From NCBI GenBank assembly GCA_020891255.1, contig BQFW01000005.1:1054001-1118000 (forward strand): a stretch of 64,000 bases of DNA, written 5' to 3'. Origin of the DNA: Entomortierella parvispora E1425. Lineage: Eukaryota > Fungi > Mortierellomycota. Positions 60,696 through 64,000 of this stretch are shown here, piece by piece; the first letter of the stretch is position 1; each line of letters opens with the position of its first letter. The translations under genes and the position numbers were made by a program. The notes below the pieces were generated by a model that had not been told where the DNA came from, made no database searches, and saw only the letters and a list, made by a program, of their open reading frames with translations.

Positions 60696-61526
60696 ATGAA
60701 ACTCCAAAACTCGCTTATCCTATGTGTCCTTTTGGGATTCGCAGCTGCTACTCCTATTAACAGGTATATCGGCGGTGGAGACAACGATGGCGTCGGTGTC
60801 GGCGTTGGTGGTAAAAGCAATCACGGTGGAGGAGTCCATGTCGGCGGTGAAGACAACTATGGCTCCGGTGTCGGCGTAGGCGGCAAAAGCAATCACGGTG
60901 GAGGAGTCCATGTCGGCGGTGAAGACAACCATGGCGTCGGTGTCCACGTCGGTGGTAAAGGTAATCACGGTGGAGGAATCAGTGTTGGTGGTGAAGACAA
61001 CTATGGCTCCGGTGTCGGCGTAGGCGGCAAAAGCAATCACGGTGGAGGAGTCCATATCGGCGGTGAAGACAACCATGGCGTCGGTGTCGGCGTAGGCGGC
61101 AAAAGCAATCACGGTGGAGGAGTCCATGTCGGCGGTGAAGACAACTATGGCTCCGGTGTCGGCGTAGGCGGCAAAAGCAATCACGGTGGAGGAGTCCATG
61201 TCGGCGGTGAAGACAACCATGGCGTCGGTGTCCACGTCGGTGGTAAAGGTAATCACGGTGGAGGAATCAGTGTTGGTGGTGAAGACAACTATGGCTCCGG
61301 TGTCGGCGTAGGCGGCAAAAGCAATCACGGTGGAGGAGTCCATATCGGCGGTGAAGACAACCATGGCGTCGGTGTCGGCGTAGGCGGCAAAAGCAATCAC
61401 GGTGGAGGAGTCCATGTAGGCGGTGAAGACAACTCTGGAGGTGTTGTCTCCATTGGTGGTGAAGGCAACTCTGGACGTCTAATCTCTCTTGGTGGTGAAG
61501 GTAACCTTGGTGGGCTCTATCTTTGA
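60696..61526 (+). CDS. Secreted glycine-rich repeat protein (276 aa)
   Basis: Signal peptide MKLQNSLILCVLLGFAAA; the rest is almost entirely 12-aa GGxxNxGxGVxV units. Confidence 0.88.
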   Translation: MKLQNSLILCVLLGFAAATPINRYIGGGDNDGVGVGVGGKSNHGGGVHVGGEDNYGSGVGVGGKSNHGGGVHVGGEDNHGVGVHVGGKGNHGGGISVGGEDNYGSGVGVGGKSNHGGGVHIGGEDNHGVGVGVGGKSNHGGGVHVGGEDNYGSGVGVGGKSNHGGGVHVGGEDNHGVGVHVGGKGNHGGGISVGGEDNYGSGVGVGGKSNHGGGVHIGGEDNHGVGVGVGGKSNHGGGVHVGGEDNSGGVVSIGGEGNSGRLISLGGEGNLGGLYL

Positions 61527-61599
61527 ACTCAGTTGGAAGTTCAGCTTGTAGTGACAACAACATAGTCTACAATAAAGTCAAAACATTCACTAAGGAGTC

Positions 61600-61975
61600 G
61601 ACGTCCTTCCACTCTCACAGCAGCTGGTAGGCAACGTGTCGAGGATGACCCCTAGCCCCTGCGTCCATGCTCCAGCTCCAGTTCCTGCAACTCGTTCCAA
61701 CAACGGGCATATCCATCTGTCCTTGTGTGCCTGTTTCAATTTGCAAAAACCTCTTGCCTTTGTGTTGTTTTCACCCGTCGAACGAACCCAATGTTGCCTA
61801 GCAAGCTGAAACCGAGCCCGTCAGATGGGTCATCATTCGATTGAAACGCGCTTTGGCCTAGTTGATCTATGCTTTCCCCTGTTTTCTTCTCCCATGTCTG
61901 CAAGTGCTTCCTCCTGACCTCCAATCCATCCATCGCATGCTTCCCAGCCCAAAGTCCATTTGTGCTTATCCTTGA
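61600..61975 (-). pseudogene. Possible 3' relic of an F-box/RNI-like gene
   Basis: IDQLGQ...DGLGFSLLGNIGFVRRVK...WNELQEL loosely resembles F-box/RNI C-termini; contains stops. Confidence 0.3.
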
Positions 61976-62120
61976 CTCCATTGTAGGCAGGGGGATGAAG
62001 GTTTCCCAGCTTCTACAGGTTGACAATTGTGGTGTGGTGGGTGCTTCCAAAAAAAAAAAAAAAGGGGGAGAGAACAAAGGTGGATTGTCACGCAAAAACT
62101 TTTGGCGTGACAACCAATTG

Positions 62121-62389
62121 TGTCTAGCGTTGCCGAATGAAATGAAGGCTAAAGCAACATTTATTCGACACCGACAAGGGACTCTAGATGTGTGTATCTT
62201 TCTTTATTGATCTCACGTGACTCCAAAGAAAAAATTGCTCTGCAATAAAGGGATCTCTCGATGCATCTCTCAGATCTCCATCTACTCGCAAAGATATGCC
62301 TAGGGCGGGCCGGGTGGGACATCTAGAGTCCCTTGTCGGTGTCGAATAAATGTTGCTTTAGCCTTCATTTCATTCGGCAACGCTAGACA
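62121..62389. repeat. Perfect 71-bp inverted repeat (62121-62191 / 62319-62389), probably DIRS terminus paired with the internal complementary region
   Basis: The arms are exact reverse complements around a 127-bp spacer; the inner arm overlaps the recombinase stop codon. Confidence 0.9.
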
Positions 62390-63953
62390 TTATTCTTCCC
62401 CCTCCAAGGGACTCTATCTGTGAATCCAGATGTCGGGGAAGAAGAGTGTTGGTGAAGTTGCTAACGAGGGTCCTTGAAATTCGATAGTAGTTCTCCACCA
62501 TGGTAGGCGATGACCAGTTCCCTTGAACGGTCACTTCCTCCAACGGAACCCCTTTCTTGAGGGCGTTCGTAGCTCCCAGCGCCCTGACCTTTGGGCGGGG
62601 TTGCCCCTTCTCTCTGGGCATCAGATCCAGGAGGACGGCAAGGTACTTGGAGATTCTCTCTGCTCCCAGAGGCGATTTGCCATAGCTGATCTCCCTGATT
62701 AGGGGTATTATTTCAACCTCCAACAACTCCTTGTCCAGCTTGGGGTGTTGCTGCCTTGCATGTTCGTCGTGTTTCTCAGTACGCCTACGGTACTCCTGAT
62801 ACACTTCTACCGGGCAAAAGATTGGATCTGTGTGCGGATGTATCAAGACGGTCTTGATAATGCGTTGTCCATCTCGACGTTCCTTGGGAGAGACGATGGT
62901 CAATTCCAGCACTCCATCTCGAATTCGGCACTGCTTTGTGTCTATACAAGCCAAGTCGTCCGGTCGAAGGAGTCCTACCAGTCCCAGCAAGAAGCATGTC
63001 TTCGATGTCAAGTGCCTAATGTTTAGGCCCTTGTTCTCACCCTTCTTGAGGATCTCGATGAAGATAGGTGTCGTATCCGCGTCGTCGTGACGTAGCCGCT
63101 TGAGTGTGTGTGCACCAATGACCTTTAGAAAATCTGACAGATTTTCATCCGCTCGCCACTCTTCCTGACGGTCCCTCGGGAAGAGTTTGAGTACTGATGA
63201 CAAGTAGGCTCGGGCCGTTTGCGGCTTCCAAGCCCTAATCTCCACTCCATAGTTCAGGAAGTTCATCAAGTCCGTAGGTGAGGTATCCTCTAGTGGTCGA
63301 CCTCTCTCCTGCATCCATTGCGTGAATGTTCGTTGACTCGATGTGCTCTTGTTCCTTTCCTGAGCGGATTTGGAGTCAAACAATCGGCGAATGACTCCTG
63401 CGTCGGCCCCTGTGGTCACAGCTTGCTGCCGTCGACGCTCCACGCTGTTAACTGCCACATGGGGTTCCGCTCCAGTGGCTGTGGGCTGTTTCCTGGTGCG
63501 GGTTGTACCATTGTCCTCGGTACTGGGATTGGGCTGTGTGTTGACATGGCCTGGATTGTAGGGTACCAAATCATAGCAGGCCACTGTGGTGTGATCACTG
63601 TCGCCTGCACCTTGTCCGTTCTGATCTTCTCCAGGACTCGGTTGAGGAGTGACCACGGTGGGCAGATGTAGACTCGGCCCAGGTCCTTCCAACTGAAGCT
63701 GAACGCATCCTGTCTCCACGCTGTCTCCTCGTGCATCCAGGAGACGTAGCGTTGAGTCTTCGCGTTCTTTGCCGTGGCGAATAGATCGACTGAGTGATGC
63801 CCCCAGGTCGAGTCTAGCTGTCGATAGAACGAGTTGTTGATCGACCACTCCAACTGTGCTGTCATGCGTCTCGATGGTGAGTCGGCTGGATTGAACTGAG
63901 ACGGTACGTACGTTGTCATGAGTCGGGTTCCCGTCTTGATGCAATAGTCCCAA
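62370..63953 (-). CDS. DIRS tyrosine recombinase (true start uncertain)
   Basis: N-terminal SAM-like region (TFTQWM...YLSSV); LLRPDDL (R), CPVE, KVRALGAT (R), GNWSS and NYYR (Y). Confidence 0.88.
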   Translation of the reverse strand: MGLLHQDGNPTHDNVRTVSVQSSRLTIETHDSTVGVVDQQLVLSTARLDLGASLSRSIRHGKEREDSTLRLLDARGDSVETGCVQLQLEGPGPSLHLPTVVTPQPSPGEDQNGQGAGDSDHTTVACYDLVPYNPGHVNTQPNPSTEDNGTTRTRKQPTATGAEPHVAVNSVERRRQQAVTTGADAGVIRRLFDSKSAQERNKSTSSQRTFTQWMQERGRPLEDTSPTDLMNFLNYGVEIRAWKPQTARAYLSSVLKLFPRDRQEEWRADENLSDFLKVIGAHTLKRLRHDDADTTPIFIEILKKGENKGLNIRHLTSKTCFLLGLVGLLRPDDLACIDTKQCRIRDGVLELTIVSPKERRDGQRIIKTVLIHPHTDPIFCPVEVYQEYRRRTEKHDEHARQQHPKLDKELLEVEIIPLIREISYGKSPLGAERISKYLAVLLDLMPREKGQPRPKVRALGATNALKKGVPLEEVTVQGNWSSPTMVENYYRISRTLVSNFTNTLLPRHLDSQIESLGGGRIMSSVAE

Positions 63954-64000
63954 ATTTGTGTTGCTAGGTCCAGCAATCGCTTTGATTTGGTCCCTCCAAA
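63416..64000 (-). CDS. DIRS pol C-terminus: RNase H end and Dam-like methyltransferase domain (partial)
   Basis: GGTKSKRLLDLATQIW...YVPSQFNPADSPSR (RNase H); VDLFAT...DAFSFSW...YICPPW...PQWPAMIWYP (MT domain). Confidence 0.88.
   Translation of the reverse strand, partial: FGGTKSKRLLDLATQIWDYCIKTGTRLMTTYVPSQFNPADSPSRRMTAQLEWSINNSFYRQLDSTWGHHSVDLFATAKNAKTQRYVSWMHEETAWRQDAFSFSWKDLGRVYICPPWSLLNRVLEKIRTDKVQATVITPQWPAMIWYPTIQAMSTHSPIPVPRTMVQPAPGNSPQPLERNPMWQLTAWSVDGSKL

Larger units (their letters stand above)
62121..64000 (-). mobile_element. DIRS-type tyrosine-recombinase retrotransposon, 3' part (continues beyond the window)
   Basis: Overlapping RNase H/methyltransferase-like ORF and tyrosine recombinase ORF, plus a terminal inverted-repeat pair. 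Confidence 0.9.

Noticed and set aside
60720-61415. 231-aa repetitive minus-strand ORF (MDSSTVIAFAAY...)
   Set aside because: Antisense shadow of the Gly-rich gene, which has the signal peptide.
60696-61526. Gly-rich protein as an InaZ-type ice nucleator
   Set aside because: It lacks the 16-aa AGYGSTxTA repeat and TxT motifs; the period is 12/24 aa.

Overview
Eukaryotic (fungal) genomic DNA with spliceosomal GT-AG introns. The gene families point to Mortierellaceae (Mucoromycota); this is inferred from family content, not from a search. The window is a fast-evolving accessory region. It holds three intact tandem FAD-dependent monooxygenase genes plus a pseudogene, a TLC-domain membrane protein, several F-box/LRR(RNI-like) genes and relics, two tandem paralogs of an unnamed repeat family, a Sel1-repeat gene with a recently amplified array, and four small secreted proteins. 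It also holds a Crinkler-like pseudogene, a fungal NLR (Arm-like/NACHT/pentapeptide/WD40) with a partial 5' duplicate, and the 3' end of a DIRS-type tyrosine-recombinase retrotransposon that runs off the right edge. Most unusual observations: (i) an in-frame TAG splits the NLR N-terminal domain, is shared by both duplicates, and precedes about 1600 uninterrupted codons; (ii) a 3.3-kb imperfect palindrome starts about 40 bp after the NLR stop; (iii) an unnamed ~90-aa module with an identically placed phase-2 intron sits at the N-terminus of an LRR gene and the C-terminus of the neighbouring Sel1 gene; (iv) a dispersed mini-hairpin family brackets a 145-bp repeat/palindrome array; (v) a secreted Gly-rich 12/24/96-aa repeat protein. 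All calls were made by eye from the sequence and the ORF track; no database searches were run.
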